Below are positions 29,894 through 40,761 of a stretch of DNA of 64,000 nucleotides, one piece after another. Position 1 is the first letter of the stretch, and each line of letters begins with the position of its first letter. Below the pieces are notes generated by a model, which was not told the DNA's origin, ran no database searches, and worked only from the letters and a program-made list of their open reading frames with translations. The DNA comes from an uncultured delta proteobacterium (lineage in GTDB: Bacteria > Desulfobacterota > Binatia > JACPRU01): the NCBI GenBank assembly GCA_963745025.1, contig CAVUWD010000006.1:1-64000 (forward strand), given 5' to 3'. Both the position numbers and the translations under genes were made by a program.

Positions 29894-30892
29894 TCAGGGC
29901 TTTTTGGCTGCCACCATACCCGTGTACTCGGGGATCACCGTCCGGATCACCGGGTCGACGAACCCCGCCTCGCCCAGGAGCCGCGCCATGTCCTCGCCCG
30001 ACATGGGCACGCCGTCGACGGACGTGAGGTTGTACAGCGCCGATAGCTGAGGCCCGGAGTAGTCGCTGTCCATGAGGAAGTCGTGGACCACGATTGCCCC
30101 CCGGGAGGCAAGCTTGTCGAAGCACTTCCGAAAGACCCGGAGCTGGGTCTCCCGGGAATACCCGCTGATGATGAGGGAGATCAGCATCAGGTCACCCCGG
30201 GGCCACTCGTCCACTGTGATGTCGCCGGGTTGAGTGCGGATCCGGTCCGAGAGGCCCTCGCGCGCCACCACCTCCTTGGCGACCTCGAGCACGTTCGGGA
30301 AATCGACGATCACCGCCTTGAGTTGGGGATTCCTCTGGCAGGCCGCGATGGAACAGGCACCGGAACCGCCGGCCAGGTCGACCAGCTCCCGGTACCCGGA
30401 GAAGTCGAACTTTGTGGCGAGGAGCCGCCCTCCACCCTGGGACGCGGAGTGCTGCCCGAGGATGAACGTGCGCGCCTTCTGGGGGTCGCTCATGTAGTCG
30501 GCCCAGTTGTCCGCCATGATGGCGTGGTTCTCGCGGATGAGCTGGTCGAGCCGGATGAAGTCGGGCATGAGGCACTGGCGGACCTGGAACCGGTAGTAGT
30601 CCCCGAAGTAGCTCGGGCTCGACTTGACGAGGTACCGCTCCGTCTCGGGCGAGAGGGTGTATTGATCCGCCTTCCGCTCGACGAGCCCGAGCGACGTGAG
30701 CGCCACGAGCAGCCGTTCGGTGGGCTTGGGGGGCAGCCCCAAAACCTTCGCCAGCCCCTGGCTGGTCAGGTTCTTTCCCGCCAGCTCGTCGAAGACGTTG
30801 AGCTCCAGCGCGGCCAAGAGCACGCACGTGCCCATGTATCCGGTGGCGATGCGGTGAATCCGATTCGGGTCAGCGGTCCTCTTCTCTGCCAC
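29894..30892 (-). CDS. O-methyltransferase with dimerisation and SAM domains
   Basis: [20 protein letters not shown]. Confidence 0.88.
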   Translation of the reverse strand: MAEKRTADPNRIHRIATGYMGTCVLLAALELNVFDELAGKNLTSQGLAKVLGLPPKPTERLLVALTSLGLVERKADQYTLSPETERYLVKSSPSYFGDYYRFQVRQCLMPDFIRLDQLIRENHAIMADNWADYMSDPQKARTFILGQHSASQGGGRLLATKFDFSGYRELVDLAGGSGACSIAACQRNPQLKAVIVDFPNVLEVAKEVVAREGLSDRIRTQPGDITVDEWPRGDLMLISLIISGYSRETQLRVFRKCFDKLASRGAIVVHDFLMDSDYSGPQLSALYNLTSVDGVPMSGEDMARLLGEAGFVDPVIRTVIPEYTGMVAAKKP

Positions 30893-31035
30893 GGTACTCC
30901 TCCTGCGTCTGTCGGCTTCTGACGCCTCCGAACCCGGACCGTTTTCCGTCCACGCCCCACCCTATCGTGCTCGAACCTCGAACCTAGCGCCTTTCGCGCT
31001 CGAACTTTTTCGCGCTTCGCCCCGTCTTTCTCAGT

Positions 31036-31125
31036 CGTAGATTCTTTGCGTTTTGCGAAGATCCTGTCCAGGTCAGGCGGCATCGGCGTAGAGGCTCGGG
31101 TAGGCGACTTCACGTAACTTGAGGG
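31036..31125 (-). mobile_element. Putative IS right-end remnant, copy 2
   Basis: Same 26-bp motif next to LREVAYPSLYADAA-stop. Confidence 0.55.
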
Positions 31126-31269
31126 CGGCGGCCAGCCGAAGTGCCGGGCGTCGAGCGGCATCATCACCATCCGGGCGGTGAAGCCGAGTTCCATGCGGCA
31201 TCCGCGAGGTGTGACGCAAGCCCGCCAGGGGTGGCGCGATCGGGGGTTTGGCGGTGCCGTTCTTGCCGG

Positions 31270-32490
31270 CTAGGCGAGCCGCGTCGCGACGCGCCGGGTC
31301 AATTCGGGGATCGGAACGCCGTACGGGCACGCCCCCGCGCACGCCTGCGTCGCGCACGAGACGCACGCCGCAGCCGGCTCGCCCAGCCGTACGTGCTCCT
31401 CGCGCGCCATCCGCGCGTCGCCGTAGTCCTCTGCGTACATGCGCGACCCGCAGCACGTCCGCGATCGACACGCCCGCCGGGCAGGCGGACGCGCAGTCGT
31501 CGCAGCCGTAGCGGCAGGTGGTCGCTGAGTTCACCGCGACGTAGCGCGCGAGGAGCGCGAACTCCGTCGCGGCGACGGTCCTGGAGCCGCGACGCGCCCA
31601 GGTACTCGTCGACCTGTTCCCGGCTCGTCATCGTGACGATCAGCGCGTCGACGTCGGAGTTGGAGAGCACCCAGCGGAAGGCGGCCTGCGCGAAGGTGCC
31701 GCTCGGCCGTCTCGAAGGGTCGCATGTCGTTCAGGCGGGCGCCCATGAGCGTCTTCATGGCCACGACACCGATTCCGGCGGCCTTCGCCTTGCGCAGCAC
31801 GCGCGGAAGCTCGGGCTGAATCGCGATGATGTCGAGGCTGCCGAGCAGTCTCTGGTAGAAGGCCGGATCCTGCCCGAAGTTGTAGGCGACGAGCACGACG
31901 TCGACGAGCTTGTGATCGAGGGCGAAGTCGAGGCACTCGATGAGTTTCCCCGCGTGACCCGACATCCCCGCGAAGCGGATCTTGCCCTGCCGCTTCGCCT
32001 CGGCGACGAACGCCGGCCACTCCGGATTGCGCAGCCGCGCGACGTCGTTCACCGCGTGGTTGAAGTAGACGTCGACGTGGTCGGTCTGAAGCCGGCCCAG
32101 GCTCCCTTCGAGCGCGCGCATCATCTCGTCGCGCGAGGTCGTGCCGGTGGTCTCGGTCTTCGAGGTCAGGTAGACCCGATCGCGCTTTCCCCTGAGCGCC
32201 TTTCCGATCGTCGCCTCGGACACCCCGCCGGTATAGCTTTCGGCCGTGTCGAAGTAGTTGATGCCGCGGTCGAACGCGTGGCGGACGAGGCCCTCGTCGC
32301 CGCGAAGACGGCTCCCGCCGAAGGACACGTCGGAGATTTTCATCCCGGTCCTGCCGAGCTCGCGAAAGCTCCGGGCGCGTGGCGTCTCCGGGTCTGGCAA
32401 GGCAGCACGCGCGAGCGGAGCGAGACCGAGCCCAGCGAGCGATGCAGCAGCTCCGCAAGCGAGAAAATCGCGTCGGGTGAGGCTCGGCAT
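31270..32490 (-). pseudogene. Aldo/keto reductase with Tat signal and C-terminal Fe-S domain, frameshifted
   Basis: TRRDFL, GINYFDTAESY, LTSK, then CxxxCxxCxxxCP and CxxC..CP in shifted frames. Confidence 0.8.
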
Positions 32491-33238
32491 CGGCGTCAGC
32501 CTAACACGACTCACCGCCCCGGACGAGATGGGATCACGGCATGGAGCCTCCCGGACGCGTTCGGCGCGGTCGGGCAACCGGGCTCAGCTCGAAGCCCGCT
32601 CTGCCCGCTCGCGTTTTCGAAGCCGCAGGCTGGGCAACGCATCGACGGTCCCGTGGACCGCCAGCACCCTAGAGATCCCCACGCTACGGATCAGCAAGCC
32701 GCCGCTTGAGAAACTCAACAAGATCGGCCCCGGTCACCTCGGGTCGCTGCGATGCGCGCGCGAGAACCGTCGGTGTGGTCGCGCCTTCGCGAAAGGCACG
32801 AATGGCCTCCGGCACCGCGAAGGCGCCGCCAAGCTCCCGAATCAACTCCACGAGGGCGAGGCTCTGCGCGTAGGCGAGACCCGCGTCGCTGTTCGCCTCG
32901 AAGACCATCCACCACAATCTTGCTCGGGAAGAGCGATCCGGGCCGTCCACTCGCGGATCAAGTAGCCCGCCAGCGGGTGGAGTCAAGCGGCAGGCAACGG
33001 CACCGAGTGAATCTCGCCTTTGCCGAGGCCCCACGAAAGTCGAGGAACCCTTCCCCCGAGTAGTCGACGCGCAGCTCGAGCGCGACGACCTCACCGTAGA
33101 TCTGGATGGTGAAGGGCAGCCAGCTCTGCCAGGCGCACGGCCTTCCTCAAAAGTGCGATCGCTGGATATCACCATTGGTGGGTCAAGGACCTTCCGGAAG
33201 AGGACCTCCGCCCGACCATGGCCAGCGGTTCCTGAGCG

Positions 33239-34078
33239 TCAGCGCTGCCACGGGCTGCCGACGCAGATACACGGCGAGGCGGCGGTCGGATCATTGCGGC
33301 GGGTCGCCTCGCATTGAAGCTGGTCGTGAAAGACCTCGCCGCGGCCGTCGCTGACGAGCATGACGCGCCGGACACCGCGCTGATAGGACACATATCCCCA
33401 GTTGGTGCACTCGGGGATGCTTTCGATGCGCGCGCGGAGCAGCTGATTTTCCTCCAGCGCTCGGCGGTACTGGCGCTCCAGCTCGCTCCGCTGCGCTTCG
33501 ATCGCGTCGAGCCGCGCGTCCGTTTGCGTCTGCAGGTGCCGCAAGTCTTTGAGACTCGTGGCAAGGCCGTTGTTCTCTTCCCGCAGATTGGCGTTCTCTT
33601 CGTAGAGGGCGGCATTCTCCGCCTGTGTGATCTCGTGCTGGTGGCCCAACTGTTCCATGGCCGAGGTCAGATCCTCGATGTGTCCGTTCTCGTCGTCCAC
33701 TGCCTTCTCCCCTGCCGCCTGGCTGGGTGGCGTTGAGGCTGCACGCACCAGAAAGCGCCGCTCCGTGGCGCTCCATCGTCCCAAGACCGGCGAGCGTAGC
33801 TCGATCCGATACTGGCCGGGTCGCGGAAAATGCTCGGCGCTGATCTCGGTCGGATTTTGCCTGAGCCCGAGATCCTCGCGAAGGTCACCGCCGACCAACG
33901 TGACGTACAGGTCCCGCGGGCCCTCCCAGCGAATCGTCAGAGGCAAGGAGACGACCGCGCCATCGGCCGGAGTCTCCACCACCGGCCATAGAGCGCGCGA
34001 TAGACTGCTGCGGAACATCGCATCCGTAGCGACCGTGACCACGACGCAGAGGAGAGCCAGTGCCAACGCCTGGCGCAT
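33239..34078 (-). CDS. Exported hypothetical protein (beta domain, coiled coil, Cys-rich tail)
   Basis: Hydrophobic N-terminus, heptad-rich middle region, four C-terminal Cys. Confidence 0.7.
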   Translation of the reverse strand: MRQALALALLCVVVTVATDAMFRSSLSRALWPVVETPADGAVVSLPLTIRWEGPRDLYVTLVGGDLREDLGLRQNPTEISAEHFPRPGQYRIELRSPVLGRWSATERRFLVRAASTPPSQAAGEKAVDDENGHIEDLTSAMEQLGHQHEITQAENAALYEENANLREENNGLATSLKDLRHLQTQTDARLDAIEAQRSELERQYRRALEENQLLRARIESIPECTNWGYVSYQRGVRRVMLVSDGRGEVFHDQLQCEATRRNDPTAASPCICVGSPWQR

Positions 34079-34571
34079 AACTGCCTCATTATACGCGGAT
34101 CGGCGGCGCGGCTATCAAGCTGATTCGGTTGGACCGTCAGCACGAGGTGCTTGTGGGCTCGCCGATCGGCGGGGTGCACAACCCGTCTCTCGCCGGCCGC
34201 TAGACGTTTCACACCGCGGAGGTAGCGCGACTGGCCTTCTAGTTCGCGGTCGCCACGCAGCGAGCTTGGGAAGGCGTTGAGCGCCGCAGTCCCTGAACCT
34301 CGCGCGAAGCGTGCCTCGGATGCAAACGCACGCGGACGGGGAAGACAGGCCCGAAGAGGGAAGAATTGTGGGGAGCTGTGCAGGATTTGACCATCCGGCC
34401 CGTCGAGCTCGCGAGCTGAGCGGGTCGTGAGCGTCGACCGGGACCTCTCGCCGCTGGCCCCGACGCGTTACCGTGGCCGGACGGCGACGCTCGACGAAAG
34501 TCGGTGGCCGAGTTGCTCGTCGAAGAAATCCTCTAGCTCCGCAGCCCGTCGCCGCAACCCTTCATCGCTCG

Positions 34572-35726
34572 TCAGGCCGGAGCGAAGATGCTCTCGGCGC
34601 CAGCGCCGGAATCGGCGGGCGCGCCGGGGGACCTTTCCCCCGCCGGCTGCGCGAACGCGGGATCGCGCTGGAGGACGGGCATGACGCGCTCCGCGAAGAG
34701 TCGCATGTTGAGCTCGGCCTCCTCCTGCGGCATGCCACCGAACGCCAACTCGGTCACCAAATGGTCCAGCCCGGTCAAACGCTGTAGCTCGGCGAGTTGC
34801 TGCAAACAGTCGTCGGGCGTCCCGGAGACCTGGATCTTCACGTAGAACTCCGTCGCCTTCTGGCGGTACCCTTCTTCCTTCATCCTCGAGTAGGTCTTCG
34901 CCATCTTGCCGTAAAACTCGTAGCCCTTCACCGACGCGAGGTGGCCGTCCGAGAAGTGATAGTGACTGTCGATCGAATCCCACTTGCGGCCGAGGTACTT
35001 CACCGCCCGCTCGTGGGCATCGTTCCGGCTCTCGGCGACCGAGACGTTCATGAGGATGATCGGCGGGCGCGGCGTGTGCCCCACGCTCGAGGCGATCTGG
35101 CGATACCGATCGATGTCCTCGGCGGCCTTGGGCCACTCGTTCTGCATGACGACGAGCACACCGAAACCGAGCTTCGCCATGATCTCGGCGGACTCCGGAC
35201 TCACGGAGGAGGCGTAGAACCGCCGCTCCGGATGCGAGATCGGGCGCGGCCGGATCGAGGTCGTCGGGATCGTGTAGTACTCACCCTCCCAGTCGAAGAC
35301 CTCGTGCGTGAGCGCCTTGCTGACGATCTGGGCGGCCTCCACGAAGCGCGGCCGCGCCTCTTCCATCGACACGCGGAAGCCAGCGTACTCCACGCTCGCG
35401 GCGCCGCGGCCGAACCCGAACAGACAACGGCCACCAGTCAGGACGTCGAGTAGCGCGATCTCCTCGGCGACACGCACGGGATCGTGCCAGGGAAGCACGA
35501 TGACGGCGGTGCCGAGCGTGATCCGCCGGGTGCGCCCGGCAAAGTAGCTCAGCAGTTGGGTCGGCGACGGCGACATGGCGTAGCCGGTGAAGTGGTGCTC
35601 CAGCGCGAAGAGCGAATCGAAGCCGAGCGGCTCGGCCAGATCGCCCAGCGCCAGATGCTCCCCGAGCACGCTGGCATCGGACCGGCCTTCCTTCGTCAGC
35701 ATGTTGAGTGCGATGCCGACCTTCAC
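34572..35726 (-). CDS. Luciferase-like (LLM) flavin-dependent oxidoreductase
   Basis: AEPLGFD..EHHF, PWHDPVRVAEE, GFGRG. AAGGAGG RBS upstream. Confidence 0.92.
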   Translation of the reverse strand: MKVGIALNMLTKEGRSDASVLGEHLALGDLAEPLGFDSLFALEHHFTGYAMSPSPTQLLSYFAGRTRRITLGTAVIVLPWHDPVRVAEEIALLDVLTGGRCLFGFGRGAASVEYAGFRVSMEEARPRFVEAAQIVSKALTHEVFDWEGEYYTIPTTSIRPRPISHPERRFYASSVSPESAEIMAKLGFGVLVVMQNEWPKAAEDIDRYRQIASSVGHTPRPPIILMNVSVAESRNDAHERAVKYLGRKWDSIDSHYHFSDGHLASVKGYEFYGKMAKTYSRMKEEGYRQKATEFYVKIQVSGTPDDCLQQLAELQRLTGLDHLVTELAFGGMPQEEAELNMRLFAERVMPVLQRDPAFAQPAGERSPGAPADSGAGAESIFAPA

Positions 35727-36161
35727 GATGGGCCCTCCTTGCCTGTCGACACGATCCACGCCGATCTGACCACTGTGGCTCGAGAGCGTCAAGCGGTGTT
35801 GGATTCATGGCCATCGTGGAGCATAGCCGTATACCTCCGCTACATCGCGGTGCTGCACGCGACATTGCCCCGCGCGCCGAAGCGGGCCAGCGCTCATGCA
35901 AGCTGCGAGCCGAGCCTAGGCACGCTCCGCCTGCGGGCGCTAATGCCGCTCTACTTCCTTGAGACGAGCATCTCCCCACCACTCGCGGCGTGGTTGGCAT
36001 CATACGGCGCGGGCCTCGGCGAGATGCAAAGCGCGCCGTTCAGCCTGCCGCAGGGCGACTGCAAATTGCTGTATGCAGTTGATTGCAAGATATGGATACG
36101 TGGAGATCTTCCAACACCTGCTAAGCACTCGAAATCGCGTCGAATGCAAAATCGCCGAAAC

Positions 36162-36177
36162 GGGCATGTTCCTTGTA
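36162..36177 (+). promoter_or_regulatory. Sigma54-like promoter
   Basis: GGGCATG-TTCC-TTGTA versus consensus TGGCACG-N4-TTGCW, about 25 nt before the RBS/ATG region. Confidence 0.45.
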
Positions 36178-36202
36178 TCGTCAAAAGGGCAAGGAGGTAG
36201 TC

Positions 36203-36463
36203 ATGGAAGCTACGGCGAGAGTGATCCCCCTAAGTGGCAAGCCCCAACCGGCAAAGCTTGCCTCCGCCGGCGCCGCATCGACGCCGACCGCCACCACGAA
36301 CGCGTCCGCGGAATTTCGTGCGCTCGAGGGCGTCCTCGTCATGATGCCCGACGAACAGCTGGATGCCCTGGGCGCGATCTTCTGCGCCAGTCCGCTCCGC
36401 AGGGTGATGACGTTCGAAGGATACCTGGTCGCCAGGGGCTTCGGTTACGGCACCGACGAGTAG
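36203..36463 (+). CDS. Small hypothetical protein
   Basis: AAGGAGG RBS, 86 aa. Confidence 0.65.
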   Translation: MEATARVIPLSGKPQPAKLASAGAASTPTATTNASAEFRALEGVLVMMPDEQLDALGAIFCASPLRRVMTFEGYLVARGFGYGTDE

Positions 36464-37063
36464 CTACTAGAAGTTCTGGCGTAGGGCGCTGCGCTCGGGC
36501 TATTCCGAGCTCGTCCGCCGCTGCGACGTTGGCCGCAACGGCGGGGATCGCGGCCATGAAGCCGCGCTGCAAGCGGCGGTCGAGGCCCATCAGCGGCTCA
36601 AGGGATCGGCGGCTTTCGCCTTGGGGGTCACCCGGCGAAAGCCGGGATCCATTCGCGCTTCGTTGCGGCAATGGATCCTGACTTTCGTCAGGATGACTGC
36701 GAGTTGCGCTCCGCCTCGGCCAATTCCGCCAGCGGCCCCGCGACCTGCCTCCAGCCCTGCTGGAAGCCCATCGCCTCACGCTGCTTCATCGTCGCCTCGT
36801 CCCAGTGCCGCGCGCCCGCGCGACAGCGCGTGCCGCTCTTCGGCCGTCAGCCGAACGGAAAGCCGTACACGCTGCGCGGCTGCACGCTGTTCGAGACGAC
36901 CGGGGCCGGATCAAGACGCAGCGGGCGTACTGGGGATCGGGCGACCTGGCTCCACCAGCTCGGCATCCGGCTGTGAGTGCGCCGCCCGGCGGCGAGCCCC
37001 CCTCTTTGCGCCGCCACTCGGAGAGGATACAGGGTCGCGGGTGCAAAGGCTCGCCGTGGGCTC

Positions 37064-37609
37064 ATGATCCTCGTCGTCGTGGCACACCCCTATCCGGACC
37101 GTTCGTACGCCAACCGCGCTCTGCTTGCCTCGCTCGACGGCCTCGCCGGAGTCGAGGTGAGGTCGCTCTACGATCTGTACCCCGATTTCGCCATCGACGA
37201 GGCGGCGGAACGCGAAGCGCTGGCGGCTGCGTCGGTCGTCGTCTGGCAGCACCCGATCTACTGGTACAGCGTGCCGGCACTGCTCAAGCTCTGGTTCGAA
37301 AAGGTGCTCACGCCCGGCTGGGCTTGGGGGCCCGGCGGTGACGCCCTGCGCGGCAAGCGCTGCCAGTGGGTGGTGACCACCGGCGGCGGCGGCCTCGACT
37401 ATCTGCCCTCGGGCATTCACGGGCATCCCTTCGAGGCCTTCATCCCCGCCGTGCGCCAGACCGCCGAGTTCTGCGGCATGGAGTGGCTCGAGCCTCTCGT
37501 CGTCCACGAGGCGCGACATCTGGACGCCAGTGCCCTCGAGGCCTGGAGCGTCCTCTACCGCGCCCGTCTCGCGGCGCTCGGCGCCGGGGAGGGCATCGAC
37601 TATGAATGA
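37064..37609 (+). CDS. kefF: Kef system ancillary NAD(P)H oxidoreductase
   Basis: AHPYPDRSYANR..LYDLYPDF.ID..QHPIYWYS.PALLKLW. Confidence 0.9.
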   Translation: MILVVVAHPYPDRSYANRALLASLDGLAGVEVRSLYDLYPDFAIDEAAEREALAAASVVVWQHPIYWYSVPALLKLWFEKVLTPGWAWGPGGDALRGKRCQWVVTTGGGGLDYLPSGIHGHPFEAFIPAVRQTAEFCGMEWLEPLVVHEARHLDASALEAWSVLYRARLAALGAGEGIDYE

Positions 37610-39422
37610 ACACTCCTTCCTGCTCCATGCGGCGATCTACCTCCTGGCCGCCGTGATCTTCGTGCCGACGGCGAGTCGGCTGGGGCTCGGCTCGGTGATC
37701 GGCTACCTGATCGCGGGCAGCGTCATCGGTCCTTTCGGCCTCGGCCTGATCAGCGACGTCGATGCGATCTTCGGCTTCGCCGAGTTCGGCGTCGTGCTGA
37801 TGCTGTTCGTCATCGGCCTCGAGCTCGATCCGGCGCGCCTGTGGGACATGCGCCGCAGCGTCTTTCTCGGCGGCTCTCTGCAGATGGCCGGTTGCGGCGC
37901 CGTTCTCGCCCTCGCCGGGTTCGCCGTCGGCCTGCCGCCGGCGGCCGCAGGCGTCGCCGGCTTTGCGCTGGCGCTGTCGTCGACTGCGGTCGCCGTGCAG
38001 ACGATGAGCGAGCGCGGCGTGCTCGCCTCGCCGACGGGGCGAGTCGCCTTCGGCATCTTGCTGTTCCAGGACATCGCCGCGATCCCGCTCATCGCCGCGG
38101 TGCCGCTGCTGTCGACGACGGCGGTGGGCGCCGCCGACGCTTCCCTCTGGCTCGGCGCCGCCAAGGTCGCCAGCGCCGCGGTAGTCGTCGTCGGCGCCGG
38201 CCGCTACGCCGTGCGCCCGGCTCTGCGCGCCATCGCGCGGACGCATCTGCGCGACGTCTTCGCCGCCTTCGCGCTGCTAGTCGTCATCGCCACGGCGTTG
38301 CTGATGGATCTCGTCGGCGTGTCGATGGCGCTCGGCGCCTTTCTCGCCGGCGTTCTCCTCGCCAGCTCGGAGTATCGCCACGCGCTGGAGACCGACATCG
38401 AGCCGTTTCGCGGGCTGCTGATGGGGCTCTTCTTCGTCGCCGTCGGCATGTCGATCGACTTTGCCCTGCTCGCCAGTCACACCGCGCTCGTCGTCGCCCT
38501 GGTGCTCGGCTTCACCGGCCTCAAGAGCGCCGCGCTCTTCCTGCTGAGCTGGCCCGTCGGCGTGCCGCCGGGCCGCCGGCCGGCGTTCGCCGCGCTGCTG
38601 GCGCAGGGCAGCGAGTTCGCCTTCGTCGTCTTCGGCGTCGCCGGCGCCGCCGATGTCCTCCCCGGCGAATGGAACAAGCTCCTCACGTTGATGGTGGCCC
38701 TGTCGCTGGTGCTGACGCCGCTCCTCGCCGCCGCCGCCGAGTGGCTGCAGAGCCGTCTGAGCGCGACGACGCGCGAGGCCGATCGGGTCGAGGCGGAGGA
38801 GGGCGCGGTCCTCATCGTCGGCTTCGGACGCTTCGGGCAGATCGTCGGCCGCCTGCTCTTCGCCAGCGGCATCCGCGCCACCGTGCTCGATCACGACCCG
38901 GACAACATCGAGGTGTTGCGCCGGCTGGGTTTCCGCGTCTTCTACGGCGACGGCACCCGCCTCGATCTGCTCACCTCCGCCGACGCCGAGCGGGCGAGCG
39001 TGATCATCGACGCCATCGACGACATGGACGCCAACCTCAAGCTCGTCGACGTGGCGCGGCAGTACTTCCCGGGCGTGCGTCTGGTGGCGCGGGCGCGCGA
39101 CGTGACGCACTGGCGTGAGCTGCGCGAGCGCGGCGTGCGCACCATCGAGCGCGAGACCTTCGAGTCGGCGCTGTGCGTCGGCCGCCGCGCCCTCGAGGCG
39201 CTGGGCATCCGCCCCCACGAGGCGCGCGAGCGAGCCGATCGCTTCCGCCGGCACAACCTCCTGACGCTCGAATCCGTGCTCGAGGGCTGGGACGACGAGG
39301 ACCAGCGCTTCTCGCAGGCGCGCACGGCGCGCATCGAGTTCGAGCGCCAGTTCCAGAAGGACCAGGAGGAGCTGGAGGCGCAGATCGGCCACAGCTGGCG
39401 CCGTGAAGACGCGGACGGATGA
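37602..39422 (+). CDS. kefC: Glutathione-regulated K+ efflux antiporter
   Basis: CPA2 TM domain, SEYRHALETDIEPF, KTN domain GFGRFGQ, VFYGD.TR. Confidence 0.92.
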   Translation: MNEHSFLLHAAIYLLAAVIFVPTASRLGLGSVIGYLIAGSVIGPFGLGLISDVDAIFGFAEFGVVLMLFVIGLELDPARLWDMRRSVFLGGSLQMAGCGAVLALAGFAVGLPPAAAGVAGFALALSSTAVAVQTMSERGVLASPTGRVAFGILLFQDIAAIPLIAAVPLLSTTAVGAADASLWLGAAKVASAAVVVVGAGRYAVRPALRAIARTHLRDVFAAFALLVVIATALLMDLVGVSMALGAFLAGVLLASSEYRHALETDIEPFRGLLMGLFFVAVGMSIDFALLASHTALVVALVLGFTGLKSAALFLLSWPVGVPPGRRPAFAALLAQGSEFAFVVFGVAGAADVLPGEWNKLLTLMVALSLVLTPLLAAAAEWLQSRLSATTREADRVEAEEGAVLIVGFGRFGQIVGRLLFASGIRATVLDHDPDNIEVLRRLGFRVFYGDGTRLDLLTSADAERASVIIDAIDDMDANLKLVDVARQYFPGVRLVARARDVTHWRELRERGVRTIERETFESALCVGRRALEALGIRPHEARERADRFRRHNLLTLESVLEGWDDEDQRFSQARTARIEFERQFQKDQEELEAQIGHSWRREDADG

Positions 39423-39430
39423 GCATCGAG

Positions 39431-39459
39431 GTAGGGCGGGCCTTCCACGGCTCGCCTAC
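39431..39459 (+). repeat. GTAG-type REP-like palindrome
   Basis: GTAGGGCGGGCC-TTCCAC-GGCTCGCCTAC just after the kefC stop. Confidence 0.5.
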
Positions 39460-39737
39460 CGGCGCAGAGCGCCGGACCGTCTCGAGCCGGAGCGGAGTGA
39501 ACACTGGGCCATGGTGGTCACTCTGCACACCGGATGAAGCCGAAGTGACCGGAGTCTGCGACGGCGACCAGCCGCGCATGGGGAAACCGCCGCAGAGTTC
39601 GAGCTCTGACCCGGGGTTTCTCCGGCCGAGCGACGGGTCTCGTCTCTTGCCGCAAGCCCGACGGCCGCGATAGAGCCCTAGTTGGTGCTCCGGCCTGCAC
39701 TGCGCCGACGCAGCAGCGCCCGTTCTCGGAGGACGCG

Positions 39738-40202
39738 ATGCCAACGAGGCTGCAACAGAGCAAGATCTTCGCAGGGCTGGATGCCCGGCGACTCGAGACG
39801 ATCTGGGGGAGCGGGCGAACCGCGGAATTCGGCCCCGGCGATCTGGTGATCGAGGAGGGTCAACCGAACGATCAGCTCTTCGTGGTTCTGCGCGGGGAGC
39901 TGGAGGTCTTCCTGCCGAAGACCCCCCAGCGCCTGACGAGAATAACCATTGCGTCGGTCGGGCCGGGCGACTGCCTCGGCGAGTACTCCTTCCTAGACGA
40001 TCGGCCGGCTTCTGCTTCCGTCGCCGCCAAGGGAGCGACCGAGGTGTTCAAGATCTCGCAGGCCGAGGTCGAGCAGGTGCTGAATTCCGACTCGACCGCC
40101 GGGCAGGTCGTCTACCGAAATCTGCTCCGCCTGCTGGTTGAGCGATTGCGTTCGCAGAACCAACTGCTCAATCTCTTGACCTCGGCGTCGGCGAAGAGGT
40201 GA
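39738..40202 (+). CDS. Stand-alone cNMP-binding-fold protein
   Basis: IEEG..LFVVLRGELEV..GDCLGEYSF..PASASV. No HTH domain. Confidence 0.88.
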   Translation: MPTRLQQSKIFAGLDARRLETIWGSGRTAEFGPGDLVIEEGQPNDQLFVVLRGELEVFLPKTPQRLTRITIASVGPGDCLGEYSFLDDRPASASVAAKGATEVFKISQAEVEQVLNSDSTAGQVVYRNLLRLLVERLRSQNQLLNLLTSASAKR

Positions 40203-40275
40203 AGTCGCCTGTGCAGCGGGTGGAGGGAGAACCGCGCTTCCCCTCAGGTGCGAAGCAGAGGCAAGGGCGCGCGGC

Positions 40276-40761
40276 TCAGGTATCCGACGGGAATGGAAGG
40301 GGTTGAAAGAGGTCGAGCTGCTGATTCTCTTTGCGCAGTCGAGCGACCAACAGGCGCAGCAGATTCCGGTGCACAGCCTGACCGAAGGCAGGATCGGCTT
40401 CCAGCTTCCGCTCGAACTCCACTTGCGGGATCCCGAAGACTTCCGTCTGGATCCTTGCCGCAACCGACGCCGACGCGGGGTTCTTGTCGACGAAGGAGTA
40501 TTCCCCGATGCAATCGCCTGGACCGACCCGCGCGATGCGGACCCGGCGCAGACGCGATTTCGTCTTGGGTAGAAACACCTCCAACTCGCCGCGGATGACC
40601 ACGAACAGGTCGGCGACTTGCTGGCCTTCTTCGATGATCGTCTCGCCCGCGCCCAGCCCCCGCGCGGAGCCGCTGGCCCTGAGCTCTTCGAGCGCGCCCC
40701 GGCCGAGGCCTTCGAACATCTTGGCTCGGCATAGGCTCGCGAGCAACCGATCCGACGACAT
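40276..40761 (-). CDS. Stand-alone cNMP-binding-fold protein (paralogue)
   Basis: Same motifs as 39738-40202, in convergent orientation. Confidence 0.88.
   Translation of the reverse strand: MSSDRLLASLCRAKMFEGLGRGALEELRASGSARGLGAGETIIEEGQQVADLFVVIRGELEVFLPKTKSRLRRVRIARVGPGDCIGEYSFVDKNPASASVAARIQTEVFGIPQVEFERKLEADPAFGQAVHRNLLRLLVARLRKENQQLDLFQPLPFPSDT

Noticed and set aside
32684-33175. Peptidase-like fragment (YAQSLALVE)
   Set aside because: Too short and degraded to call.
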